Shown here: positions 8,635 to 18,999 of the stretch, in pieces | Position numbering within the stretch: the stretch's first letter is position 1 | How the letters are laid out: every line of letters begins with the position of its first letter | Assembly (NCBI GenBank): GCA_001793865.1 | Contig: MGIS01000010.1 | Coordinates: 1-55,302, forward strand | DNA from: Candidatus Wolfebacteria bacterium RIFCSPLOWO2_01_FULL_47_17b | GTDB taxonomy: Bacteria; Patescibacteriota; Minisyncoccia; UBA6257; JAGOQP01 | Length of the DNA stretch: 55,302 nucleotides | Direction of reading: 5' to 3' | Notes under the pieces: model-generated | The model's database searches: none | The model's input: the letters and a program-made list of their open reading frames with translations, nothing else | Told to the model about the DNA's origin: nothing | Program-made: the position numbers and the translations under genes

Positions 8635-11304
8635 TTAGCGATTTCGACTGATATACTCCCTCGTGAGCGGCCCAAAGTATCCCTGGGGAGGATTGATGTT
8701 GTTAGCTTGCTGGAATCTGGCTAGAGCTTGTTGAGTCCGTTGGCCAAAGAGGGCGATTTCATTGCCAGGAGATCCTGCTCCTGAGGTGGCAACCAGGAAT
8801 CCTTTCTGGTTGAGGTAGAGTTGCAGTTGTCTGACGTCTTCGCCTTGGGAGCCGATGGTCAGATTGCGTGAGAAAGTAGTGGGTAGTGGTCCGCCAGCTG
8901 GCGGATGGGTAGTGGGAAGAGACGGAGCAAATATATCCCCTCCACTCACACTACAGATACCATTGGGGCAAGGGTCGATGGCTTGCCCTGAGCTTGTCGA
9001 AGGGGTGGTGAGGATCGGAGCTGTTTGCAATGCCTTTTGCTGAGCTACCTTAAGGAAAAGTGATTGAAGTATGGAAAAGAGTGTTTGGATGCGGGATTGG
9101 AGATCGGACAGAGGATTGAGGGAATCGGAAGTCGGAGATTGGGTGGTGGAAGTTGGGGAAGGGCGGGGGCTGGGAGAGCGTCTGATGGTGGAGCCTCCGC
9201 CACCTCCGCCACTGCCTCCCCCGCCGCCTCCTCCGGTGTTGGTGGACGTCTGAGTAGGAGTGGGAGAGGGGGGTGGAATCACAGTTGCTGAGGGGGTCGG
9301 AGTCATGCTTAAAACAACAGTGGCTTTCATAGTATACTGGTTTGTATTAAAGCCAACCCCACTGCCAGAAGGATATTTCATAGGCAAAACCCCATACATG
9401 CTGTTATCAGCCCATCTGTGGGAATTGGCCGGCCTGTCCGTTTGATAACGAATTCCGTTATCATGTTGCAGGATATACGCGATCCAGTAATAACTATTCT
9501 GAAGAGATAGCACAGATGGAGCGGATACCCACCCATTAGACACAGTCGCTTCTCCAGCATCCAGCAGTAAATCACCCGGCACTCCATTGGCGTCCGCATA
9601 GACTCCCATTCTGACCATACCGGAAGGAGTAGCATCATCTACCAACAATTCCAACTTGGTCAATATGCCATTGCCAACTGTATTTTGAAATCGCATTGCC
9701 TGTAGAGCATTGGCATGCTGCATATAGGTACTATTTCCACTGACCAATCCGAATACGTTTTCTTGAGGAATAGGACTGGATGTTGTTTGTACCGAAGTGA
9801 CTGCAATAGTTACGCTTACTGAGGTTGTTTGAAAATTTTGATTATCAGTCGCTTTGGCGGTGAGGACGTAGCTTCCTGCGGGAGGATTGGACCAGGTGTA
9901 TTGGTAGGGAGCAGCAGTATCTTCGCCTAGTTTGGTGGTGCCTCTGAAGAATTCCACCTTGGTGATGGAGCCATCGGAATCTGAAGCTGATGCAAAGACT
10001 GTGAGCGGCAATCCCGCGGTATGGGAGGAATTGTTAGATGGAGAACCAATGGAGACGGAGGGAGGAAGATTGGATGGTGAGGGCGAAGGAGTGCCGGAAG
10101 ACCGTATGGTGGCCATAATCGCCTTAAATGCATTTGCCGAATTGAGCGCATATCCACTAAAACAAACGCCTTGATAACAAATTGTTTCCTCTGCGTATAT
10201 GGAAGAAGGAAGCGGAGCTCCATCCCCATATTTATATGCTTTTATAAAATCACCAACGTCAACCCATGTGGTTTGCAAGATGCCTTTCATATGCGGCGAA
10301 ATTGAAGAGTTGGCATTGATATGCCTGTTCAACTCTCCAAGCGCGACATCCTTTTTTGTCCACGGCGCGGATACGACATCGAATCCTTTGCTTGCGAAAT
10401 ATTCCGGTGTCGCCGGATTAACATAATAATGCCAATCGGCAATCATCACATTATCGCGTGAAATAGCATTGATCGCCGGAGAAGTCAATCTATAACCGGT
10501 CCCGACATCTGATTCATATTGAATTTCAGTAGAGGGCCAGGTGGGGTTTCCTTGCGAATCGCGTTCAACCCAATCGTCATACTTCAAAAGTTCATCTCCC
10601 CATATCCACATTTTTACTCCTTTTGACGCCAGATGTTGACGGATTATCTCATATTCATATGCGTACACTTCAGACCACGGCTGGCCATTGTAATACGGGG
10701 TTGCCGGATACTGCGGCGTAGCAAGTTCGGGGAAGGCGCGCACCTCGTCAAATCCCGCGAGAAAATCGGTTGCGCCGAAAACCGAAATAAGCTCATCCAC
10801 AAGATCAAACACGACATCGTGGATGCCCGGATAGTACGGATTGTAGCTGCGTGTTTCACTCACAGGCCGTCCGGGATTTGCATCAAACTGCGGGTATACA
10901 CGCAACAACCCAGGTATATAGTTGGTATAGGACTGATGAGTAAGAAGCTGCATCCCGGGTATGCAGTTCATTCCAGCCTCATGACACACGGCAACCAGCT
11001 GCTGCGTCTGGGAGAGAGTCGGCTTGATCGATTCGCTGATATCCGGATGCGACAAATATGGATAGTGATATCCTATATTGAATACTATCGTGTTTACTCC
11101 CTCATTTTTCAAATCATAGCGGATGAAATCAAGCGTTTCCTGAGTTATATTATTTCCTCCAATAGTAAGCACGATGCCCCGTATGGGAAGTGCCCGCGCC
11201 GCGGAGATATCCGGCGCATACATGGTCAAAAGCACGCCTGCGATGGATGCGCTGAAAAGAACGCATACAAAGATGGCAATGAAATGGGCGTGTTTGTATC
11301 TCAT
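8635..11304 (-). CDS. Secreted GH20-like TIM-barrel + Ig-like + linker + peptidoglycan-binding domain protein
   Basis: GFDEV (GH20 DE motif) and ADWHY; Ig repeat ASASDSDGSITKVEFF; C-terminal NLTIGSQGEDVRQLQ...FGQRTQQALARFQ...GYFGPLTR. Start moved to MRYKH, which has TATAAT 7 nt upstream. Confidence 0.8.
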   Translation of the reverse strand: MRYKHAHFIAIFVCVLFSASIAGVLLTMYAPDISAARALPIRGIVLTIGGNNITQETLDFIRYDLKNEGVNTIVFNIGYHYPYLSHPDISESIKPTLSQTQQLVAVCHEAGMNCIPGMQLLTHQSYTNYIPGLLRVYPQFDANPGRPVSETRSYNPYYPGIHDVVFDLVDELISVFGATDFLAGFDEVRAFPELATPQYPATPYYNGQPWSEVYAYEYEIIRQHLASKGVKMWIWGDELLKYDDWVERDSQGNPTWPSTEIQYESDVGTGYRLTSPAINAISRDNVMIADWHYYVNPATPEYFASKGFDVVSAPWTKKDVALGELNRHINANSSISPHMKGILQTTWVDVGDFIKAYKYGDGAPLPSSIYAEETICYQGVCFSGYALNSANAFKAIMATIRSSGTPSPSPSNLPPSVSIGSPSNNSSHTAGLPLTVFASASDSDGSITKVEFFRGTTKLGEDTAAPYQYTWSNPPAGSYVLTAKATDNQNFQTTSVSVTIAVTSVQTTSSPIPQENVFGLVSGNSTYMQHANALQAMRFQNTVGNGILTKLELLVDDATPSGMVRMGVYADANGVPGDLLLDAGEATVSNGWVSAPSVLSLQNSYYWIAYILQHDNGIRYQTDRPANSHRWADNSMYGVLPMKYPSGSGVGFNTNQYTMKATVVLSMTPTPSATVIPPPSPTPTQTSTNTGGGGGGGSGGGGGGSTIRRSPSPRPSPTSTTQSPTSDSLNPLSDLQSRIQTLFSILQSLFLKVAQQKALQTAPILTTPSTSSGQAIDPCPNGICSVSGGDIFAPSLPTTHPPAGGPLPTTFSRNLTIGSQGEDVRQLQLYLNQKGFLVATSGAGSPGNEIALFGQRTQQALARFQQANNINPPQGYFGPLTREYISRNR

Positions 11305-11357
11305 ACAAAAAATTATACCACAACAACACCAAACACGACAGCCGTTTGATAATAAAA

Positions 11358-14186
11358 TCATCTGTCCCTGTTGATAAACTCCCTGCTCACCGGCCCAAAG
11401 TAGCCCGAAGGAGGATTGATGTTGTGTGCCTGCTGGAATCTGGCTAGGGCTTGTTGGGTTCGTTGGCCAAAGAGGGTGGTTTCATTGCCTGGAGATCCTG
11501 CTCCTGAGGTGGCAACCAGAAAGCCTTTCTGGTTGAGGTAGAGTTGCAGTTGTCTGACATCTTCGCCTTGGGAGCCAATGGTCAAATTTCTGTTGAATCC
11601 TGTGTTTGCTTGCCCTGAACCTGTTGAACCCGTCGAAGGGGAAGTTGGAGGAACGGTGTTTCCTCCGCTAAATATGTCCGTGCCTCCGATTGTGCATATA
11701 CCACCAGGGCAGGATTGGGTAGGAACAGTGGGAGTCGTATTGATGATGGGAGCTGTTTGCAATGCCTTTTGCTGAGCTACCTTGAGGAAGAGCGATTGGA
11801 GTATGGAAAAGAGGGTTTGGATGCGGGATTGGAGATCGGAAAGGGGGTTGATGGAAGGAGCCTGCCCTGCTTGTGGTGAGCTTGTCGAACCAAGCGTTGG
11901 ACTCGGGCTTGGAGAGCGCCTGATCGTAGAACCCCCTCCGCCGCCTCCGCCACTGCCTCCCCCGCCGCCTCCTCCTGAGGTCTGTGTGGGAGATGATGCA
12001 GGTGGTGTCGGAGTTGCCTGAAGATCACGGTAGTAACATTGTTTTACAAAACCTGGATATGGATCTCCAAATATGCTGTTGTCACAGAATACCCCTTCAG
12101 TAAATATGTCTGTAGCGTATAGACTGTTCAATCCATAAAGCACCTCCTTGGTGCCGGTAAAGATGCACTGTTCATATTCATCAGAACAGAAGGTCCAGCC
12201 AGTCGGGACAATGGGTGTGGGAGAGGGAGATGTTTGAGTAGTCGGTGTGAGAGTCGGACTCTGTTGGGGAGTGGTGATGGTGATGGTGATGGGAGCAGAG
12301 GTGGTTTGGGCGTTATCATCATCGGTTGCTTTGGCGGTGAGAGTGTAGGTGCCTGCGGGAGGATTTTGCCAGATGATAGTAAAAGGGGAGGAAGAATCAG
12401 ATCCAAGAGAGGTGCTACCTCCTCTGAAGAACTCTACAGTGGTGATAGTGCCGTCAGGGTCTGATGCGGATGCGGTTATGGCAAGAGGTGTTTGTGCGGT
12501 ATAGGAGGAGTTATTCTGGGGTGAAGTAAGAGAGATGGTGGGAGGGGTGTTTTGAGGGGTGGAAACAGAACCTTGGTATTCATACGAGCCAATGTCGGGA
12601 AGACCAATAATGGAGTTGCCTAGGAAATCACTCGTGCGGCCGTTGATGGCAGTGCCCTTGTTTATGGCGGGAGAGGAAGATTGGAGATTGAAATTCTTGG
12701 CCCCTGCATTAATAAACTGCGGGTCGGCCGTGATGCCGTGGGATTCTTCGCCAAATCCGGTATGGGACGGATAGAATACGCCGCCAATCTTTACAGCTGA
12801 CCCGACCACGGGACGATACAAATTGTAGTCAAAATCTATGTTGGACAAATTAGAGGAAGAACCTACTTCTACCAGCGTTCCGGAAGAGTATTGATTATTG
12901 TAAAGTATATTGTTTTTCACAACATTGTTTGAATAACCGTTACTACTTTCAAAAAATATTCCTTTTATATTGTTGTAAAAAGTGTTGTTCGCGAAAACGG
13001 CATTATTTAATTGATATATCTGTTCAATCATCAGTCCGGCATAATCATCGATTGAGTTGATAACATTATCTCTTATGGCAAGATTGCTTATGACCGAGGT
13101 GGATCTCGAAGCCACGGGAGAATAGGTTTTTACGTTAATTCCTATCGGAGCGTTATAAATCAAATTTCCTTCTATTACCACTCCATCAAGCAAATCACGG
13201 TACCCGCCGTAGTTCCTGGCACCAGTAGCAATTGCGGACCAGGTAAAATCATGCAAGGTATTGTTCCTTACGATAATATTCCGCCCGTTTGGTATGGAAA
13301 TAGCATTGTTGCCGTCGTAAAATAAATTGTTTTCAATCAACACATTCGTTGTGTCAGAAAAATAAATCCCGTGCATATGCCCATTGTCATAGGTATGGGC
13401 AAACACCGAATCGGTGACGGTGAGACCATCAATATCAGCAAAAATGCCGGAACCCGGGAAACCAAGATTTTGGGTAGTGCAGTCGTTCAACGTAATGTTG
13501 TGAGACGCGTCCTGAAATTGATACCCCGTTATCATATTGTCTATGTCAACACCTGAGAATTTTATATGGTGTGCCCCACCGTTTATGCTACCGATTGCAT
13601 GAAATACCCAATAGGGTCTGTTTATATACGCGTTAGGGACTGTTGCCTCATACTCGGAATATGTACCGGTTGTAAAATCGGAACAGGTAAAGTGTATATC
13701 TTTAATATTTGTATATGTGCTTCCCTCGAGTTGCACAACTGCATTTTTCCCATTGTTTATTCCATTGGAATCACAAATATCAAAAGTTGGTTTATTACCA
13801 CTTCCGTACGCGCCTATGGTTATATAATTTCCTGAATTGCCATCAACATTCTTGAAATCAAGCGCAACAATACCGGAGTATGGAGTAGAGATATTTGCTC
13901 CCGTGGTCCAGGTATCGCCTCTTTTGAGAAGAAACTGGTCTCCGGGTTCGGAGATGTTCAACAAGGCCTGCAGGGCGGCAAGGGATTTTCTGGGAGAGCT
14001 TGCGGAAAGCCCATTATTGGAATCATTACCGCTGGTGGAGAAATAGTAGGTGGTCGGCGAGCCGGCGATCTGAGCAGTGAGGGGAAGTTCGTCAAAGAAA
14101 GCGGGGTTTGAAGTGATGAACAACAAGGCGTTTGCGATCACAAATAAGGCTATCAGCCCGGATATGAGATGGTGTTTTGGACTCAT
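11358..14186 (-). CDS. Secreted right-handed beta-helix + Ig-like + linker + peptidoglycan-binding domain protein
   Basis: YYFSTSGNDSNNG, PGDQFLLKRG, Asn-rich beta-helix repeats, DIGSYEY, and the same C-terminal PG-binding module as 8635. Confidence 0.85.
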   Translation of the reverse strand: MSPKHHLISGLIALFVIANALLFITSNPAFFDELPLTAQIAGSPTTYYFSTSGNDSNNGLSASSPRKSLAALQALLNISEPGDQFLLKRGDTWTTGANISTPYSGIVALDFKNVDGNSGNYITIGAYGSGNKPTFDICDSNGINNGKNAVVQLEGSTYTNIKDIHFTCSDFTTGTYSEYEATVPNAYINRPYWVFHAIGSINGGAHHIKFSGVDIDNMITGYQFQDASHNITLNDCTTQNLGFPGSGIFADIDGLTVTDSVFAHTYDNGHMHGIYFSDTTNVLIENNLFYDGNNAISIPNGRNIIVRNNTLHDFTWSAIATGARNYGGYRDLLDGVVIEGNLIYNAPIGINVKTYSPVASRSTSVISNLAIRDNVINSIDDYAGLMIEQIYQLNNAVFANNTFYNNIKGIFFESSNGYSNNVVKNNILYNNQYSSGTLVEVGSSSNLSNIDFDYNLYRPVVGSAVKIGGVFYPSHTGFGEESHGITADPQFINAGAKNFNLQSSSPAINKGTAINGRTSDFLGNSIIGLPDIGSYEYQGSVSTPQNTPPTISLTSPQNNSSYTAQTPLAITASASDPDGTITTVEFFRGGSTSLGSDSSSPFTIIWQNPPAGTYTLTAKATDDDNAQTTSAPITITITTPQQSPTLTPTTQTSPSPTPIVPTGWTFCSDEYEQCIFTGTKEVLYGLNSLYATDIFTEGVFCDNSIFGDPYPGFVKQCYYRDLQATPTPPASSPTQTSGGGGGGGSGGGGGGGSTIRRSPSPSPTLGSTSSPQAGQAPSINPLSDLQSRIQTLFSILQSLFLKVAQQKALQTAPIINTTPTVPTQSCPGGICTIGGTDIFSGGNTVPPTSPSTGSTGSGQANTGFNRNLTIGSQGEDVRQLQLYLNQKGFLVATSGAGSPGNETTLFGQRTQQALARFQQAHNINPPSGYFGPVSREFINRDR

Positions 14187-14211
14187 GCAAAAAGTATATC
14201 ACAGCCGCTCA

Positions 14212-14310
14212 TCACAGAACAAACAACAGGTCCGAAAGACCTATGATGGTCATGAGCACGACCAGCACCACAATGACTATAGTCATCCTTTTTCGCGTTT
14301 TTGCGGTCAT
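14212..14310 (-). CDS. 32-aa single-TM membrane peptide (MTAKTRKRMTIVIVVLVVLMTIIGLSDLLFVL)
   Basis: Starts 7 nt after the SIMPL stop; basic N-terminus followed by a hydrophobic helix. Confidence 0.55.
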   Translation of the reverse strand: MTAKTRKRMTIVIVVLVVLMTIIGLSDLLFVL

Positions 14311-14316
14311 TTTATA

Positions 14317-15081
14317 TTACCGTATTTCAAACACCATATTGACCGTCACCTCAACTTCGCTCGAGCCGGGTTCAATGGTTGGAGGCGTAACCGACATTTC
14401 CGCGCCGCCCATACCAACCGCGGATACTTTATCATACATCGGATACGGAGAGCCGCCGTATTCGCTTACACTCACAACCTTGCCGAGTGTAAATCCCCCA
14501 TCACGAGCCATACGCTCCGCTTTCTCGCGCGCTTTCGCAAGCGCTTCAGCACGAGCTTCTTCCATAAACTGCTCGGGGTCATCAATCGTAAATGACACAT
14601 TGCTCATCTGGTTTGCTCCAAGCGTTACCAGCTGGCTGAGTATGGGCGAAATCTTGGAAAAGTCCCTGATCTTTACCTGTACCGATTGGTGTAAACTGTA
14701 ACGGGAAATGGTAGGTGTAAATGGCGCACCTGTTAAAGATGACCGCTGCGTATACACCGGCGAAAGATTATAACCAGTTGTCTTGATATCTGCCTCATCA
14801 ACATTCTGCTCTTTGAGGTACGAAATAATCCCATTCATCTTCTGATTGTTATCATCAACCACTTGTTGTGTATTCGTTCCTTCAGTCACAACGGCAAACG
14901 AAATAGCCGCGACGTCCGGCTTAGTGACGGTGCTGCCCGAAGCGGCAACAACAACAGTGCGCGCCGGATAATCCGGCCCGATCTGCTTCAATGGGCCCCA
15001 AAAGACCGAGTAAATTAACAGCACCGTAACAACTAACAGAAACAACGACAGCACTCCCTGCACTGGATTTTTATTTTCCAT
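14317..15081 (-). CDS. SIMPL/DUF541 domain protein
   Basis: N-terminal TM; KPDVAAISFAV, DIKTTGYNLSP, AREKAERMA, IEPGSSEVEVTV. Confidence 0.9.
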   Translation of the reverse strand: MENKNPVQGVLSLFLLVVTVLLIYSVFWGPLKQIGPDYPARTVVVAASGSTVTKPDVAAISFAVVTEGTNTQQVVDDNNQKMNGIISYLKEQNVDEADIKTTGYNLSPVYTQRSSLTGAPFTPTISRYSLHQSVQVKIRDFSKISPILSQLVTLGANQMSNVSFTIDDPEQFMEEARAEALAKAREKAERMARDGGFTLGKVVSVSEYGGSPYPMYDKVSAVGMGGAEMSVTPPTIEPGSSEVEVTVNMVFEIR

Positions 15082-15087
15082 ATTTGA

Positions 15088-15813
15088 CTATTGTATATTG
15101 TTAATTGTGTCTATAAGACACACAACTGACTCCTTCCGAAGCCCGGCGGATCCGACTAGAAATCCGTCCTTTCCTCCGGATTGTACCAAAGAAGAAATAT
15201 TTTCACAATTCACACTTCCACCATAGAGAGTTGGCGCCCCTCGGTATTTCTGTATGCCCGCAATAACCTCGGAGACATACGTCGGATCCACTTCCTTATC
15301 TCCGCCTATTGCCCATACCGGCTCGTAGGCGACGACAAAATTCTCGGAAACAATTCCTTCTATAGCAAGCGACAGCTGATTGAGCGATTCCTGAATCGCG
15401 CGCTTGGCATCAACTTTTTCGCGCTCCCCCACACACACGATAGGTATAATGCCCGCGCGCAAAGCGGCACGCATTTTTTCATTGATAAACGCATCGCTTT
15501 CTCCAAGCACATAACGCCGCTCCGAATGACCGATAATAACATACGTCACCCCCAGATCCCGAAGCATGTCCCCGCTTACCTCTCCCGTAAGAGAAGGAAG
15601 GCCGATATCCTGCACTCCAAGCAACACCGATGTGCCTTTCAACATGTGCGCCACAACGTCCAAATGCGCAAAAGACGGAGCTATGACGCATTGTATCCGA
15701 AGCCGAGCTTCGGTCTGGGGAAGCTTGGCTTCGGATTCCAAAACAGTCTGCGCGAGCTTTTGCGCCTCTATACGCGTCTTGGGATTCGACTTCCAATTGA
15801 AGACTAATAGCAT
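15088..15813 (-). CDS. tpiA: Triosephosphate isomerase
   Basis: NWKS, IIGHSERR, AYEPVWAIG, YGGSV. Confidence 0.97.
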   Translation of the reverse strand: MLLVFNWKSNPKTRIEAQKLAQTVLESEAKLPQTEARLRIQCVIAPSFAHLDVVAHMLKGTSVLLGVQDIGLPSLTGEVSGDMLRDLGVTYVIIGHSERRYVLGESDAFINEKMRAALRAGIIPIVCVGEREKVDAKRAIQESLNQLSLAIEGIVSENFVVAYEPVWAIGGDKEVDPTYVSEVIAGIQKYRGAPTLYGGSVNCENISSLVQSGGKDGFLVGSAGLRKESVVCLIDTINNIQ

Positions 15814-15904
15814 AGTTGTGGTTGTAGGTATCGCGACCCGTTTCGTCTGTGGGTTTGATTATACGTATGACTATACCAAATAACGACACGGGTAGCTACA
15901 CCCA

Positions 15905-16522
15905 TTAACCATTCCTTTTTACCCTGAAGTGCCTGTACGCCCACCACGCGACACCCGCTCCGATGAGCACCGCAACCACAATGTCGAATCGATGGAAGTA
16001 GTCCCGAATATGTTCCCAATTCTCGCCAAGTATCCATCCGATATACGTAAGAAAAATCGACCACATCAACGAACCGGCGATCGTGTAGTACGTAAACTTT
16101 CGAAACGGCACACGTCCCAGTCCCGCCGGAAGCGAAATAAACGTCCGTACGATCGGAATGATGCGCCCGAAGAAAATCGACGCCGACCCGTATCGCACAA
16201 ACCAGGCATTCGCCTCCTCCAAAAACGCATCGTTTAATATGAAGTGTAAAAATAATTTTTTCCTGTTCGTAATGAGCCACCCCGCAAGGTAATACGAAGC
16301 AACCGAACCGATGTAACTGCCAACGGTGCCAGCCAACACCACCAGCCAAAACGAAAAGCTCCCCTTCGACGCCAAAAAACCGGAAAACGGCATGGTAACC
16401 TCCGAAGGAATCGGGATATTAAAGCTATCCAATACCATCAATAAAAAAATGCCTACGTAACCAATCGCATCTATAACGGATATAACAAGACTCGCTAACC
16501 ATTCCAAGATTGTAGCAACCAT
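15905..16522 (-). CDS. DedA family membrane protein
   Basis: IPIPSEVTMPFSG, FFGRIIPIVRTFISLPAG. Confidence 0.93.
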   Translation of the reverse strand: MVATILEWLASLVISVIDAIGYVGIFLLMVLDSFNIPIPSEVTMPFSGFLASKGSFSFWLVVLAGTVGSYIGSVASYYLAGWLITNRKKLFLHFILNDAFLEEANAWFVRYGSASIFFGRIIPIVRTFISLPAGLGRVPFRKFTYYTIAGSLMWSIFLTYIGWILGENWEHIRDYFHRFDIVVAVLIGAGVAWWAYRHFRVKRNG

Positions 16523-16530
16523 AAGGTTAA

Positions 16531-16620
16531 TTATGAATTTCGAATTATGAATTTCGAATCAATTTTTAAATTCAAAAATTAGAAACTGAATCAAAATTAA
16601 AAATTTATAATTTAAAATTA
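16531..16620. repeat. AT-rich heptamer-built inverted element (family also at 25305, 26691, 33380, 50131)
   Basis: (AATTTCG)-like units followed by (CRAAATT)-like units. Confidence 0.6.
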
Positions 16621-16625
16621 CGTTC

Positions 16626-18089
16626 TTACCCTGTAAGAACGTTTATATCCGCTTGGAATTCCTGCGCACGGGCTACGACGCGCGCGCCGTACGTTTCAAG
16701 GTAGTTCTGCCAATTTCCTCCAGCATAATACTTGGCCGCAGCCATTTTCTCGCTTGCAATATTCCCATTAACCGCTCCCGCGCTCTTGAGGTACAACGCG
16801 GTCGCCACAAACGCATCAAGATTCCTCCACGGGCTTGCCGGCTTATTCCCAGTTATCTGGGCTATGCGATCTTTATACCCCACCCACGTGGATGGAATGA
16901 ACTGCGCGGGCCCCATAGCACCTCCGTAGGCGCCATCTCGTGGGATCGGGCAGGAAACAAACACCCCCGCGGGATCAAGCCCGAGTTCTTTGGTGATCGC
17001 CAAAAAGTGCGGGATATCCCGCGTCGGGTGCATGGTTGTTTTATTCGTCGCTTGCGCCGGATAGTAAGGATTTACATCATATTTGCATTTTCCCACATTG
17101 CGTCCGAGCGCGGATTCACGGTCAAGCACCGCCAAGACCAAGGCCGGCCGCACCCCGGTCGCATCCGCGGAAATCTTTGCAAGGTTGTACGCTTCCCCGA
17201 ACGAAAGCTCGCCTCCGCCCAGAAGCTCATACAACCGGCTCCGAATCTGCGCAGCGGTTTTTTTCTGTTCAGCAACCACCGTCTGGTATTTCGACTCCTG
17301 TCCCTTGGTTACGGCAAGCAAGTTCTTTTTTTCGCTTTCAACGCCCTTGGCACTCTGCTGTTGCTGCTGCTGATACAATCGGAGCTGTTCAGCATCTTCG
17401 TATTGCAGCGCGAGCGACTCCTTTTGATTTAGAAGCTGATTTTTAAGGTCGATCACCTTAACCAAAGTTTGACGCAAGCTGTCCTGAAGAGCAAGCAAGT
17501 TATTCACATCCAAGAAGAAATCTGAAAATTTCGGATTCGCCATAACCAGTTCGAGCATACTTTGATTGTCATGCTCGTACAACGTCTGCAAAATAGAAGA
17601 AATTGAATCTTTATATTCCAGGATGCTTGTCTCAGTGGTCGTTATCTCGGACTTCGTACTTTCTATGTCAGAGTCAAGCCGTTGAAGCGTCAGGGTTACC
17701 GCTTTTATCTGAGCATTAAGTTTGGCGATCTTGGCATTCAACGTATTAATTTCGGATTGCAATGTCCTGCCCTGGCTCTGATATCTTGCGATTTCCGCCT
17801 CGTTCTCGGCTATTTCAGCCTCAAGCCGTTTCAGTTCCGCCTCAAGCTCAGCCCGCTCTTTTTCGGTGGGAGCCGCGGCAAAAAGCTCTCCCGTGCGGTC
17901 GATCGGCGCATGCGCAAGGCCGAATAAAAAGGAAAGAATTGCTACGGAATACAAAGCATAACGCAGTATCTTTTTCGCGGGAACCGAAAACACGCGCATC
18001 TCACGAAGCTCCACCCGCTTGGGGAACCGCTCCGGCTCAATAACGGCGTTTTTTCGGCGAACATCAAACAAAGGCTTTCCGTCTGTCAT
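16626..18089 (-). CDS. Coiled-coil (PcsB-like) protein with C-terminal lytic transglycosylase (SLT_2/MltB-like)
   Basis: Long heptad coiled coil; catalytic ES motif; GAMGPAQFIPSTW; DAFVATALYL. Confidence 0.88.
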   Translation of the reverse strand: MTDGKPLFDVRRKNAVIEPERFPKRVELREMRVFSVPAKKILRYALYSVAILSFLFGLAHAPIDRTGELFAAAPTEKERAELEAELKRLEAEIAENEAEIARYQSQGRTLQSEINTLNAKIAKLNAQIKAVTLTLQRLDSDIESTKSEITTTETSILEYKDSISSILQTLYEHDNQSMLELVMANPKFSDFFLDVNNLLALQDSLRQTLVKVIDLKNQLLNQKESLALQYEDAEQLRLYQQQQQQSAKGVESEKKNLLAVTKGQESKYQTVVAEQKKTAAQIRSRLYELLGGGELSFGEAYNLAKISADATGVRPALVLAVLDRESALGRNVGKCKYDVNPYYPAQATNKTTMHPTRDIPHFLAITKELGLDPAGVFVSCPIPRDGAYGGAMGPAQFIPSTWVGYKDRIAQITGNKPASPWRNLDAFVATALYLKSAGAVNGNIASEKMAAAKYYAGGNWQNYLETYGARVVARAQEFQADINVLTG

Positions 18090-18258
18090 ATCACTACTCT
18101 ATATAACGATAGTATAGCACAAATGTTTTCGGCGAGCTACTGCCCACCGAAAATAGTCTAAGGTTAAAGGGTATAGAAGCTAGTATGGATATGAGTTAAG
18201 AGTGGATGGTTCTTGCGGACACCAAGCCATAACCTCTAAACCATACAAGCATCCACAC

Positions 18259-18912
18259 CTACTCCTTCTCGCTCGCCTGCTTCTCTTCCGCAGGCAACTC
18301 TTCCGCTTTCTCCTCTCCCTCGGTCGGAACCTCGCTTGCTGGCGGCGTCACTTCCACCACTTCTTCCTTTTGCTCGGTAACCGACGCCACCGGCGTTTCG
18401 AGATCAGTTATGAACCGAACCCGCTCGATCAGGGGGATATCTTTCACGTATATCGTCTGGTTCAACTCCGCAAGATCACTCAAATCAACAACAATAGACG
18501 CTGGAAGGTCGGCTGGTAGCGCCTCCAGTTCGATCTCATCAAGCGCTTTAACCAGAATACCGGCATATGCTTTTACCGCTGGGGCTTCGCCCGTAAACTT
18601 AATCGGAACTTCGGTACGCACCTTCTCGTCCATCCGCACCGCGTAAAAATCAACATGCGTATACGTGTCCTTTAACGGATCCCTCTGTATGTCATAAATA
18701 AGCACTGGGTGCTTTTCGCCATCAAGCACCACTTCGATAATAGTGCTTTCGCCGGCTTCCTTCAAAACCTTATCGAAATCCTTCGCCAAAACAGACACAT
18801 GCAGGTTTTCCTTGCCGTGTCCGTATATCTCGGCAGGGACAAGTCCTTGCGCGCGAAGCATATTGGTCTTCTTGCCGAATATGTCTCTTTTTTGAGTCTG
18901 TAATTGCAACAT
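18259..18912 (-). CDS. rplY: 50S ribosomal protein L25/CTC
   Basis: LRAQGLVPAEIYG, QRDP...HVDFY. Confidence 0.95.
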   Translation of the reverse strand: MLQLQTQKRDIFGKKTNMLRAQGLVPAEIYGHGKENLHVSVLAKDFDKVLKEAGESTIIEVVLDGEKHPVLIYDIQRDPLKDTYTHVDFYAVRMDEKVRTEVPIKFTGEAPAVKAYAGILVKALDEIELEALPADLPASIVVDLSDLAELNQTIYVKDIPLIERVRFITDLETPVASVTEQKEEVVEVTPPASEVPTEGEEKAEELPAEEKQASEKE

Positions 18913-18999
18913 AGTGGGTACAAGCTAGCAAAATAAAAGCTCTATGTCAAAACATTATACAGCAGACCCTTCACTTCGTTCAGGATGACAACTTCGTTG

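Noticed and set aside
17350-17375. CAG/poly-Gln run in the transglycosylase and poly-Gly runs in the surface proteins as phase-variation tracts
   Set aside because: Triplet, frame-preserving, mixed-codon low-complexity linkers.
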